From contig JBKAGP010000001.1 in NCBI GenBank assembly GCA_046290465.1, forward strand, positions 608,001 to 672,000: 64,000 nt of DNA, in the 5' to 3' direction. The notes beneath the pieces are model-generated. The model ran no database searches. It was not told where the DNA came from and saw only the letters and a list, made by a program, of their open reading frames with translations. Positions 37,594 to 54,273 of this stretch are shown here, piece by piece (the stretch's first letter is position 1; each line of letters opens with the position of its first letter). This stretch comes from Planctomycetota bacterium (lineage in GTDB: Bacteria > Planctomycetota > UBA1135 > UBA2386). The position numbers were made by a program, and so were the translations under genes.

Positions 37594-38541
37594 ATGCGCC
37601 TGCTGCACCGCCTGCTGACCCCGTACGTGCGGCGTGAGCTGCCGGCTTGGGGACGGCTCTACCGCTGGCTGGGCGGCGAGCAGGACGACCGCTTCTCCGA
37701 CAGCGGCTTCGGCGTCGTTCGCGGCAAGGTGCACGGCTTCGAGATGACGCTCGACCTCGGCAACTGGTCGGAGCGGCTGACGTGGTTCCTCGGCCGCTAC
37801 CACGACCTGCCGCTGCAGCAGATGCTGCAGCGCGTGCTGCGGCCCGGGGATCGCTTCGTCGACATCGGCGCCAACCTCGGCATGCTATCGCTGGTCGCTG
37901 CGGCGGCGGTCGGCGAGACCGGCTCGGTGCTCGCGTGCGAGCCCAATCCGCGCATGGTCGAACGTCTGCGTCAGACCCTCGAACGCAACCGGCTGCAGAC
38001 GGTCGAACTGCTGCACACCGCGGTCAGCGACGCGCCGGGCACCGCGGAGCTGCGCGAGTTCGCCGGCCACGCCGGCTGGGGTTCGCTGAGCGCCCAGGGG
38101 CCTGACGGCGCGGCGGCGACGGCGAGCTACCAGGTGGCGTGCCGGGTCGGCGACGATCTGCTGTCGGCGGACGACCCGCAGCAGCCGCTGGTGATCAAGG
38201 TCGACGTCGAGGGGCACGAGGTGCCGGTGCTGCGCGGCCTGCGGCAGACGCTCGCGGCGCGCCTGCCGCTGGTGTTCGTCGAGGTCGTCGACGAGCACCA
38301 GCGCCGCGCCGGCTTCAGCGCCGGCGAGCTTCGCGACGAACTCGAACGGCTCGGCTACCGCGGCTTCGTGCTCGACGCGCAGCGTCGTTGGCTGCGCCAC
38401 GACGTGACGCTGCGGCCGCTGCAGGCGCGCGAGCCGCACGAGGTCGACGTGCTGTTCGTGCCGCCGCGCGGCGCGCTGCGCGAGCGCGTCGCGGCGCTGC
38501 TGGACGCCGGCGCGGGTGGCTGGCCAGACCAGACGGGATGA
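37594..38541 (+). CDS. FkbM family methyltransferase
   Basis: FVDIGANLG, EPNP, IKVDVEGHE.PVL.G. Confidence 0.9.
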   Translation: MRLLHRLLTPYVRRELPAWGRLYRWLGGEQDDRFSDSGFGVVRGKVHGFEMTLDLGNWSERLTWFLGRYHDLPLQQMLQRVLRPGDRFVDIGANLGMLSLVAAAAVGETGSVLACEPNPRMVERLRQTLERNRLQTVELLHTAVSDAPGTAELREFAGHAGWGSLSAQGPDGAAATASYQVACRVGDDLLSADDPQQPLVIKVDVEGHEVPVLRGLRQTLAARLPLVFVEVVDEHQRRAGFSAGELRDELERLGYRGFVLDAQRRWLRHDVTLRPLQAREPHEVDVLFVPPRGALRERVAALLDAGAGGWPDQTG

Positions 38542-38599
38542 GCCAGACGAGATGAGCCAGATGAGATGAGAACGGCCCCAGCCCTGGCAGGCCCCGCGA

Positions 38600-39976
38600 C
38601 TAGAACGCGTTGCCGAACGCGATCGTGAAGTTGCTGCCCTCGTCGCCGTAGCCGACGTCGACGCGGAACACCGCTTCGCGCGAGAACGCGAACCGGAGGC
38701 CGAAGCCGTAGCTGTCGAGGTAGCGGCCGTCGTCGAGGCCGTCCCAGTCGCTGGCGACGGTGCCGCCGTCGTAGAACAGCGCGACGCCGATGCGTTCGAT
38801 CCGGATCGTGTCGGTGAACGCCACGCCGCGCTCGATGATGTTGACGCGGTACTCGGCGGTGAAGTGCGCCGCCGCGCGGTCGGTGAAGCGGTTCTGGATG
38901 TAGCCGCGCAGCGTACGCGAGCCGCCGAGGTTCGGCAGGCTGTAGAACGGCAGTTCGCCGACGGTGTCCTGCACGAAGCAGCCGAACGCGAGCACGTCGG
39001 TGGGCGGGTTCTCCTCGCGGCCGCTGGCGCCGCGATGGAACAGCGGCGGCACGGCGAACACCTTCTGCGCGTCGAGACTGACGATCGACCCCCACTCGCC
39101 GCCGCTCTGCCACGCGGTCGCCGCCGAGATGCCGATCCGTTCGCCGCGGTAGGCTTGGGCCAGGCTGTCGCGCGTGTCCCACGCCAGCCGCGTCGTCAGC
39201 CACAGCTGGTCGACGCCGTCGCCGTCGACGAACGCGTCCTGGAACGCCGGCAGGAACTGGTTGGTGCTCGGCACCGTCGAGACCCGGCCGGTCGACAGGC
39301 CGTGGTGCTGCGCGTCGAGGTCGACGCGGGCGAGCCAGTCGCTGCCCTCGTCCGGGATCGGCAGGCGCACGCCGACGCCGAGGTCGCTCAGCTCCTCGGT
39401 GTAGCTGGTCTCGTTGGTCTCGGGCGTGCGGCTGCCGATGCCGAAGAAGCGGCGCGTCAGCGTCTTCGAGTAGCCGCCGCGGCCGTAGATGCGGCCGCGT
39501 TCCTCGCGGATGATGCCGCCGTTGGGCATCGAGCGGTGGTTGAGCCAGCGCGACCAGTTGATCCGGTAGGTCTGCTGGCCCTCCGCCGAGTAGGTCGCAA
39601 CGATGTTCGCGAACTGGCGGAAGTTGTCGTTGAGGAAGTCGATGTCGGTCAGTGCCAGGCCGCCGCCGAAGCCGATGTCCTCCTCGCGGAACACGATCGG
39701 GCTCAGGAACGAGCTGACCCAGAAGCGGTCGATCAGGCCGCCGGGCTTGATCCGGGCCGGCGGCGTGTAGCGCCAGCGTTCGGGCCGTTCGAGGTCGTCG
39801 GGGAACTTCGGCTTCGGGATGCGGCCGCTGAAGTCCATGCCGCGGTACGGGTCGTACGGCTCGGGGCCCTGCACCGGATTCTGCGGGTCCTGCGGCAGCG
39901 GGTCGGCCGGCGCGCCGACCGACTGTTGGGCCAGGGCCAGCGTGGTCGAGAGCAGGACGGCCGCAGGGATACGCAC
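38600..39976 (-). CDS. BamA/TamA (Omp85) superfamily outer-membrane barrel protein
   Basis: LGGSRTLRGY...RF loop-6 motif; GFGLRF; C-terminal IAFGNAF; signal peptide. Confidence 0.82.
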   Translation of the reverse strand: MRIPAAVLLSTTLALAQQSVGAPADPLPQDPQNPVQGPEPYDPYRGMDFSGRIPKPKFPDDLERPERWRYTPPARIKPGGLIDRFWVSSFLSPIVFREEDIGFGGGLALTDIDFLNDNFRQFANIVATYSAEGQQTYRINWSRWLNHRSMPNGGIIREERGRIYGRGGYSKTLTRRFFGIGSRTPETNETSYTEELSDLGVGVRLPIPDEGSDWLARVDLDAQHHGLSTGRVSTVPSTNQFLPAFQDAFVDGDGVDQLWLTTRLAWDTRDSLAQAYRGERIGISAATAWQSGGEWGSIVSLDAQKVFAVPPLFHRGASGREENPPTDVLAFGCFVQDTVGELPFYSLPNLGGSRTLRGYIQNRFTDRAAAHFTAEYRVNIIERGVAFTDTIRIERIGVALFYDGGTVASDWDGLDDGRYLDSYGFGLRFAFSREAVFRVDVGYGDEGSNFTIAFGNAF

Positions 39977-40040
39977 GCGGTGAGTGTCGCGATCGGCGCG
40001 GCTCGCGCAATGCTCAGGTGGCGCGCTATCGTGGGCCGAC

Positions 40041-42032
40041 ATGAGGCGAACGCTGCGAGTCGGACTGTGTGGCATCTGGGTCGCGGGCGTGCTGTCGGCG
40101 CAGGTCGATGCGCCGCGGCCAGCCGTGGCCGAGCGGGCGGCGCCGCGCTGGGATCTCGAACACATGTTCTGGCGGTTGTTCACGCTGCACTGGATCTGGC
40201 AGCCGCCGGTCGAGGGCGAGCGCTGCGTGCAGTTCAGCAGCTACGACCGCCGCAGTGACCGCGGTGCGGCCGCGGGCGCCAGCTGGTACGCCAACCAGGA
40301 TCGCGGCCACTACCTGCGCGTCGTCGACGGTGCCAACGGCAAGGAGCACGTGATGGTCGACGTCGAGGGGCCGGGGTGCCTGGCGCGGCTCTGGTCGGCC
40401 AACCCCGAGGGCACGCTGCACTTCGACATCGACGGCGAACGGGTCTGGAGCGTCGACTTCGCCGCGCTGTGTACTGGGCGAGCCGGCGTGCCGGAGCCGC
40501 TCGCGGCGATGCGTTCGCGCGGCGGCAACGTCTACCTGCCGGTGCTGTTCGGCGAGCGGCTGGTGGTGTCGGCCACCGCGGCGGATCTGTACTACCTCGC
40601 CGACGTGGCGCTGGCGCCGCCCGGCACCGAGGTCGAGCCGTTCCGGCCCGAGCAGCTCGAAGGCAAGCGCTCGCGGATGGCGCGCGTGCTGTCGGAGGCG
40701 GCGTTCTGCGGTGGCTGGGTGCGCGAGGTGCCCGAGACGATTCCGGCCGGTCACCTCGTCGACGAACTGTACCTGCGCGTCGAGCGCGACGAGGGCGTTG
40801 AGGTCGCCGAGGTGCTGCGACGCACGCGGCTGCAGGTCACCTGCGGCGACGAACGGCTGGTCGACGTGCCGGTGACCGCGTTCTTCGGCGGCGGTCCCGA
40901 CTGGAAGCCGTGGGCGGGGCGCTGGCTCGGTGTCACCGACGACGGCGACGCCTACTGCAAGCTGCCGATGCCGTTCCCGCGCGACGGCTCGATCCGGCTG
41001 CACACCGAGGGCGCGCGCGAGGGCGTGCGGCTGTCGCTCGGCTGCCAGCTGCCCCGCTCGCAGATGCCCGAGCAGCCGCTGCTGTTCCGTGCCGGCTACC
41101 ACGTGGTCAAGGCGCAGCCGACGCGGCCGTTCTCGGACCATGTGGTGCTCGATGCGACCGGCAAGGGACGCTTCGTCGGCTGTTCGCTGCTGGTGCGCAA
41201 CCCGTCGCGGATCTGGTGGGGCGAAGGCGACGAGAAGTTCCTGGTCGACGGCGAGGCGTTCCCGTCGTGGTTCGGCACCGGCACCGAGGACTACTTCGGC
41301 TATGCGTGGTGCGACCCGACGCCGTTCGTGGCGCCGCTGCACGCGCAGGTGCAGTGCGAAGGGCCGAACAACTACGGCTTCACCCAGCTGCACCGCACCC
41401 ACGTGCTCGACAGCGTGCCGTTCCAGCGCTCGTTCCGGTTCGACCTGGAGCGCTGGCACTGGGTCGAGGACCTCGAGGTCGACTACGAGACGGTCGCCTA
41501 CTGGTACGGCGCCGCAGGTGCCGGGTCGGGACTGCCGGCGGTGCCGCCGTTCCCGGAGCGCCGACTCGAACGGCTGCCACCGCCGAAGATGCTGGTCGTC
41601 GACGGCGCGCTGGAGGGCGAGGGGCTGCGCGTGATCTCGTGCTCGGGCGGCACCCACGAGGTGCAGAACCTGGCCTTCTTCGAGGGCCGCTTCTCGCGGG
41701 ACGCGCACCGCTGGTGGCGCGACGGCAAGGTCGGCGACGCGCTGGTGCTCGGCGTGCCGGTGCCGGCATCGGGCCGCTATCGGATCACGGTGGGGATGAC
41801 CCGCGCGGACGACTTCGCGCGGGTGCAGCTGTCGATCGGCGACACGCTGCTGGGCGAGCCGTTCGACGGCTATGCGGCGCAGGTCGAGCCGAGCGGGCGG
41901 TTGGTGGCCGGCGTCGTCGATCTCGAGGCGGGCGAGCAGCCGCTGCGCCTGCGGCTCGTCGGCAAGAACCCCAAGGCCAAGGACCGCATGATGGTCGGCC
42001 TCGACTACCTGCTGCTGGAGAAGGTGCGATGA
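40041..42032 (+). CDS. DUF2961 (GH172-like) exported protein with C-terminal beta-sandwich
   Basis: FSSYDR, GPGC..RLWSA, WWGEGDEKF.VDGE.FPS.FGTGTEDYFGYAW. Confidence 0.88.
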   Translation: MRRTLRVGLCGIWVAGVLSAQVDAPRPAVAERAAPRWDLEHMFWRLFTLHWIWQPPVEGERCVQFSSYDRRSDRGAAAGASWYANQDRGHYLRVVDGANGKEHVMVDVEGPGCLARLWSANPEGTLHFDIDGERVWSVDFAALCTGRAGVPEPLAAMRSRGGNVYLPVLFGERLVVSATAADLYYLADVALAPPGTEVEPFRPEQLEGKRSRMARVLSEAAFCGGWVREVPETIPAGHLVDELYLRVERDEGVEVAEVLRRTRLQVTCGDERLVDVPVTAFFGGGPDWKPWAGRWLGVTDDGDAYCKLPMPFPRDGSIRLHTEGAREGVRLSLGCQLPRSQMPEQPLLFRAGYHVVKAQPTRPFSDHVVLDATGKGRFVGCSLLVRNPSRIWWGEGDEKFLVDGEAFPSWFGTGTEDYFGYAWCDPTPFVAPLHAQVQCEGPNNYGFTQLHRTHVLDSVPFQRSFRFDLERWHWVEDLEVDYETVAYWYGAAGAGSGLPAVPPFPERRLERLPPPKMLVVDGALEGEGLRVISCSGGTHEVQNLAFFEGRFSRDAHRWWRDGKVGDALVLGVPVPASGRYRITVGMTRADDFARVQLSIGDTLLGEPFDGYAAQVEPSGRLVAGVVDLEAGEQPLRLRLVGKNPKAKDRMMVGLDYLLLEKVR

Positions 42033-42292
42033 GCCGCAAGCGCGAGTTCTTCGAGTGCCCCAACTGCGGCGCCGACGTCGCGGTCGGGGCCAAGGCGTGC
42101 CGCGAGTGCGGCAGCGACGACACGACCGGTTGGCAGTCGAGCGAGGAGATCGACTACCACAGCATCGACATCCCCGACGGCTACGGCCCCGAGAACGAAC
42201 TCGAGCACGGCCGCGGCCGATCGTGGTTGGTCCCGATCGTCGCGGCTGTGCTCGCGGTGGCGATGGCGGCGTGGGCGCTGCGGCTGTTCTGA
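42029..42292 (+). CDS. zinc-ribbon protein with C-terminal TM helix
   Basis: CPNCG..V...AKACRECGSD; hydrophobic tail; ATGA overlap. Confidence 0.82.
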   Translation: MSRKREFFECPNCGADVAVGAKACRECGSDDTTGWQSSEEIDYHSIDIPDGYGPENELEHGRGRSWLVPIVAAVLAVAMAAWALRLF

Positions 42293-42311
42293 GCCGCGGC
42301 GCCGGCGGCGG

Positions 42312-44132
42312 CTACTGGAAGTCGACGCGCCAGTAGTTGCTCGGGTCGAACGGCGGGGCCGCCTGGCCGACGTCGACGACCATGCCCTGGAAGTAGTAGG
42401 TGCTGCCGAGCAGCGCAGCGCTCATCGGGCCGTAGGCGAACGAAGCCATGCCGTTCGCGTCGTGGCTGTAGAGCGTCGGGTCGAGCACGAAGTCGGCGAA
42501 GCCGTTGCCGATGTCGAGGCTGGTGATGCCGGGGAAGGCGCTCGGCACCAGCGACTGGCTGATGCCGATCAGCGCCAGGGCCGGGCCGATCACGACGCCG
42601 TGGTGCATGCGGAAGTGCAGCGTGCCCTGCGCTCCGACCTTGGGCTCGGCGTAGAGCACCGGCGTGGTCGGCAGCACGAAGTCGGTCGCGACCGCGTTGC
42701 TCTGGATGGCCGGGTTGTAGACCAGCAGGTTGCGCAGGCCGGCGGCGCCACCGGGCGCGGCGTGGATCTCGACGTGCTGGTTGTCGATGACGCGGAACCA
42801 GCCGTCGACGAAGTCGCTCTCGTCGCCCTTGCCAATCAGGTCGAAGTCGACCGCGGCCAGCTCGACCCAGGCGAGGTTGTCACCCTGCAGGATGACGCCC
42901 TGGTCGCTGACGGTCGGGTGCTGCGGCGGCTGCGCCGGCACGGTCAGGCTCGGGAACGGCAGCACCGGGAACACCGCGGTCAGGCCGAAGATCTCGACGT
43001 CGCCGGTCAGGCTGACGACGCGGTTGGTCGGCTGGTTGACGATGGTCGGTGCGAACGCACCGTAGAGGCCCATGTAGGTGTTGGTGTTGTTGGCGCCGCC
43101 GCCGACCTGCGCGGCGACGGTCTGGGTCAGGTCGATCTGGCCGCCGGCGTTGAGGCCGGTGCCGGTCAGCGTGCCCGAGACAGTGGTGTAGTAGTGCCAC
43201 GAGGCCGGATCCAGGGCGCCGCCGCCGCTGACGTAGGCGGTCGACAGCAGCTGCAGCACCGGGCTGCCGGCCGGCGGGTGGTTGACCTGACCGGGGTCGA
43301 CGCGGTTGTCGAACGTCAGCGCGACGTCCCACGCATCGCTCAGGTCGGCGACGCGGGCGAGCGTGCCGGTCAGCGTCGCCTGGCCGCTTTGGAACTCCTG
43401 GAAGTCGGCGGCCGGCACGAACACGTAGTCGTCGGCGAGCCCCGGCATGCTCATCGCGCGGCCCTCGACCAGCGTCGTCAGGCTCTGGTCGTAGACCTGC
43501 GGGTGGGTCGTGTCCTCGGCGTATTCGTTGACGAACTCGAGCGACAGGGTCGGGTCGCCGGTCAGCGTGATGGTGTTGAAGTTGGGGTTCGACAGCACGC
43601 TGCCGGTGAACCGCCCGAACAGGCCGAAGTTCGCGTTGTGGTTGTTGGCGCCCGAGCCGATCTGGACCGGCGCGTTGGCGGTCAGCGAGATCTTCGCGCC
43701 GGCGAGGTTGCGCACGCCGGTCAGCGTGCCAGTGGCGCCCGTGTAGTCGACGAACGTGTTGGTGTCGATGAAGCCGTTCGGCGCGTACTGCATCGGGTAG
43801 AGACCCTGGATCGGCGCGTTGGCGGGCGGGTAGCCGGGGTCGACCGGGATGATCCGTCCAGTCAGGTGCAGCTCGAGCAGCATCGCGACGTACAGGTTGC
43901 TCTGGCTGAACACGCGGCAGGTGTAGCGCGCGCTGCCGTCCGGTAGCTCGACCCACTGGCCGCCACCGGCGCGCACGAAGTCGGTGGCGAGGCCCGGCAC
44001 GTTGAGGAACGTGTCGGTGGCCGGGCTCATGGCGCCATTGACGGGCGCGTCGTCGGTCGTGCGATAGACCTGCGCGAGCAGCGCAGGCGAAGCGAGGGCG
44101 CAGAGTGCGAAGGTGGCGAGTCGGAGTTGCAT
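42312..44132 (-). CDS. exported protein with an internal ~190-aa duplication
   Basis: Signal peptide ending ALLA-Q; two copies of PGLA.D(F/Y)V...PPA..P...TGTLTG...A.Q.G.GANN.N...GL(F/Y)G.F. Confidence 0.8.
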   Translation of the reverse strand: MQLRLATFALCALASPALLAQVYRTTDDAPVNGAMSPATDTFLNVPGLATDFVRAGGGQWVELPDGSARYTCRVFSQSNLYVAMLLELHLTGRIIPVDPGYPPANAPIQGLYPMQYAPNGFIDTNTFVDYTGATGTLTGVRNLAGAKISLTANAPVQIGSGANNHNANFGLFGRFTGSVLSNPNFNTITLTGDPTLSLEFVNEYAEDTTHPQVYDQSLTTLVEGRAMSMPGLADDYVFVPAADFQEFQSGQATLTGTLARVADLSDAWDVALTFDNRVDPGQVNHPPAGSPVLQLLSTAYVSGGGALDPASWHYYTTVSGTLTGTGLNAGGQIDLTQTVAAQVGGGANNTNTYMGLYGAFAPTIVNQPTNRVVSLTGDVEIFGLTAVFPVLPFPSLTVPAQPPQHPTVSDQGVILQGDNLAWVELAAVDFDLIGKGDESDFVDGWFRVIDNQHVEIHAAPGGAAGLRNLLVYNPAIQSNAVATDFVLPTTPVLYAEPKVGAQGTLHFRMHHGVVIGPALALIGISQSLVPSAFPGITSLDIGNGFADFVLDPTLYSHDANGMASFAYGPMSAALLGSTYYFQGMVVDVGQAAPPFDPSNYWRVDFQ

Positions 44133-44377
44133 AGGATGAGGTCGCGCCGGGAACGAACGTGGAGGCCGTGATGTTGCAGCGGATCTCCCGGTCACCGAAG
44201 AAAATGCTCGGACGCAAGAACCCTAGCCCGACGCGCCGTGTGCGGCTGTCCGAATAAACCCTGAAATGGGCTGGGGAGTGCCCGCACGGCATCCAAGGTG
44301 CCGGTGGCACGGCGGTCTCGCGCCGCGGTCCCGGCGCGGTCTTTTCGCCGATTCGTTCGACCGCGCGACGGCCGCGA

Positions 44378-45520
44378 TCAGTCCTTGATGCGGACGTAGC
44401 GGACGTTCTGCATCGGGAAGCCACGCGGCTTGCCGTCGACCGCGATGACGACCCAGCCGTGCTCTCTCGGCAGGCTGCGCAGCAGCTCGCCGGTGTAGGT
44501 CTGCTCGCCGGCGTAGACGACGACCGTGGTGCCGACGGCCGGCGGCCAGGCGGGCGCGCTCGGTGCCGTGGCGGCGGCCTTCGGCCGTCGCGACAGCGGC
44601 AGCACCTGCGTGGCCGGGCCGCGCGCGAACGTCGCCTGCGGGTCGTCGTCGCCGTTCAGGTCGAGCACCACCGTGCACGGGAAGTGGTCGCTGAAGGTCT
44701 TGCGGAAGGCCGAGCGCTGCTCCTCGCCGTCGACAGCGTGTGCGACCAGCGAGTCCCGCCGGATCTCGGCGAAGCCGCGTCCGACCGCAAACTGGTCGAT
44801 CGGCGTGTCGAACCACAGGATGGTCGGGCTCGGTCGCTGCTGGTCGAGGTACTGCATCGCGCCGTCCTGCTCGAGGATCTGCTCGGGCGCGTCGCCGTAG
44901 GTGCAGTTGAAGTCGCCGAGGATGACGATGTCCGGGTCCTCGTCTGGGTCCCGCTGCAGACGGTCGACCCACTCGCGCAGCGTCTGCGCCTCGGCCCGGC
45001 GCTTCTGCTTGTCGCGGTCCTTGCGGCCGGCCTTCAGGTGCACGACGGCGATCCGGAAGTCGGCGCCGGTGCCGAAGTGGCGCAGGCACGCGGTCACCGG
45101 CTTGCGATGGAACACGTTGACGCCGTCGCGTTCGGACGGGAAGTCGAGCAGTTCTTCGCAGTGCAGCAGCTGCAGCTGGGCGCTGTTGTAGAGCAGGCCG
45201 ACGCCCTGCTGGGTCAAGCCGTCCGACCACTGGCCGGTGGTGCCGAGCACCGCGCGCCAGGTCGGGCCGATCGCCGCCGCCACCTTGTCGAGCGGTTGCT
45301 GGCCGCAGATCTCCTGCACGCCGAGCGCGCTGACGCCGAGCTCGCGGATGAACGCGCCGATCCTGGCGTAGTCCTCGTCGGTTCGCGGCGGGGTGTCGCG
45401 GCGGTACTTGGGGTCGGCGCCGAGGAACTCGAGGTTCCAGGTGCCGATCTTGAGCGGGACGGCCTCCTGCGCCGGGACGGCAGCGAGCAGGAGGGCGAGC
45501 AGGGACAGCAGTCGCAGCAT
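44378..45520 (-). CDS. exported endonuclease/exonuclease/phosphatase (DNase I-like) protein
   Basis: IGTWNLEFL, GVQEI, VHLKA, ILGDFN, ID, SDHFP. Confidence 0.9.
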   Translation of the reverse strand: MLRLLSLLALLLAAVPAQEAVPLKIGTWNLEFLGADPKYRRDTPPRTDEDYARIGAFIRELGVSALGVQEICGQQPLDKVAAAIGPTWRAVLGTTGQWSDGLTQQGVGLLYNSAQLQLLHCEELLDFPSERDGVNVFHRKPVTACLRHFGTGADFRIAVVHLKAGRKDRDKQKRRAEAQTLREWVDRLQRDPDEDPDIVILGDFNCTYGDAPEQILEQDGAMQYLDQQRPSPTILWFDTPIDQFAVGRGFAEIRRDSLVAHAVDGEEQRSAFRKTFSDHFPCTVVLDLNGDDDPQATFARGPATQVLPLSRRPKAAATAPSAPAWPPAVGTTVVVYAGEQTYTGELLRSLPREHGWVVIAVDGKPRGFPMQNVRYVRIKD

Positions 45521-45524
45521 GGGG

Positions 45525-49371
<3,847 letters not shown>

Positions 49372-49390
49372 GGCGCCGGCCGGTGCGGCG

Positions 49391-49419
49391 GGCATCCGCG
49401 CGCGGTGCGCGCGGATGCC
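49391..49419. terminator. 13-bp hairpin between convergent genes (possible terminator)
   Basis: ggcatccgcgcgc-ggt-gcgcgcggatgcc; no U-tract. Confidence 0.55.
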
Positions 49420-49473
49420 GGGGGAGGTTGCCGGCCGAAGGTTGGAGGATGAACCAGGTACCGTACGGCAACT

Positions 49474-53139
<3,666 letters not shown>

Positions 53140-53536
53140 GCCAGTCCTCCTGAGACCGTGGGGCCGGTGACCAGACCGACCCGTTTCGTGACCTGTCCCC
53201 GTGCCTGCCGCGGGGAACTGCTCTTGCTGACCAAAGCGGCGCGTGGCCTGCCGAGACGTTCCGGACCTCGATGCATGGGCCCCGCGATCGGCGAGGCATG
53301 CATGCCTCACCCGGTGCGGGATCAAGGGACGGGCGCCATGGTCGGGGCCTTGGAGGAGGCCGGGACCACCGGACGGGAAACCACTGCGCTGCGAGAGAAC
53401 GATCCCGGCTCGTGACCAACGAACCGGACCCCACAGGCAACCCGTTTCGCCGGGTCCGGGTTGCGCCCCATGCGCGCCTGGTTCTGCGCAGTGGGGGCCA
53501 ACGACCGGGGACGAAAGCGGCTTACGCCGTAGGGAG

Positions 53537-53584
53537 CCACTATCTATTGGGTGTGCCGGTCAGCTGCAACCCACTAGCTAGTGA
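53537..53584. promoter_or_regulatory. tandem NrdR boxes
   Basis: ccactatctattgggt (53537-53552) and acccactagctagtga (53569-53584), 32 bp apart, compared with consensus acaCwAtATaTwGtg; upstream of nrdJ. Confidence 0.75.
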
Positions 53585-53664
53585 AAACCGCCATGTCGGG
53601 GGTGAGCTGGGAGAGGCGGGCGGAATGCTTCGGTTTCGCAAAGAAGCGTGCCGCAGCAGCGAAA

Positions 53665-54273
53665 TCACGGGGCCTTGCGGGGCTCCGGAAGCAGGCAGCC
53701 GACCGCCTTCGGGTGCGGTCCCGGAACGGATCTGCCGTCGAGCGCCCGGGCTACGGCGTCGGCCAGGTCGTGCTGGCTGGCCGCCGGCGCGCGGCTGCCG
53801 AGCTTGCGCCACTGGTCGTCGATGCGACCACGGTACAGCTGGCCCCGCGCGGTGACGACGACGGCCTCCGGCGTGATGGTCGCGCCGCAGGCCGCCGCGA
53901 GCTGCTGGCCGGGGTCCATCAGGATCGTGCCCGGCAGTTCGTAGTCGGCGGCGTGTTCGCGCGCCTGCGCCGGCGTCAGGTCTGGATCGCAGTGCACCAG
54001 GAACAGCCGCACCCGCGGCCGTTGCTGCCAGGCGGCGGCGAGCCGGCCGAGCGTCGGCGCGTAGCCGTTGGCGATCGGGCACTCGTGGCTGGTGAAGATC
54101 AGCACGTGCACGGCGTCGGGCGGCAGCTGCAGCGGCGCGTGCGTGCGGCCGTCGAGGTCCTGCAGGTCGATCGCGCGCTCGGTGCTGGCACAGCCGCCGA
54201 GCAGCAGCGGCATCCCTGCAACGAGCAGGGCCTTGGCGATCCTGGCGTTCGCGAGCTGGCGAGAACGTCTCAT
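53665..54273 (-). CDS. redoxin/AhpC-TSA-like lipoprotein
   Basis: Lipobox LGGC; LQDLDG, FTSHECP, GATITPEAVV, YRGRIDD, AVGC; ATGA overlap. Confidence 0.85.
   Translation of the reverse strand: MRRSRQLANARIAKALLVAGMPLLLGGCASTERAIDLQDLDGRTHAPLQLPPDAVHVLIFTSHECPIANGYAPTLGRLAAAWQQRPRVRLFLVHCDPDLTPAQAREHAADYELPGTILMDPGQQLAAACGATITPEAVVVTARGQLYRGRIDDQWRKLGSRAPAASQHDLADAVARALDGRSVPGPHPKAVGCLLPEPRKAP

Noticed and set aside
38537..38571. Short tandem gatgagccaga(c/t)ga repeat after the FkbM stop
   Set aside because: About 2.5 copies of 14 bp; most simply slippage, with no functional signal
53140..53536. Cobalamin or c-di-GMP riboswitch call; upstream nrdJ start at 53325
   Set aside because: Diagnostic conserved motifs not recognisable by eye; RBS and homology support GTG 53139
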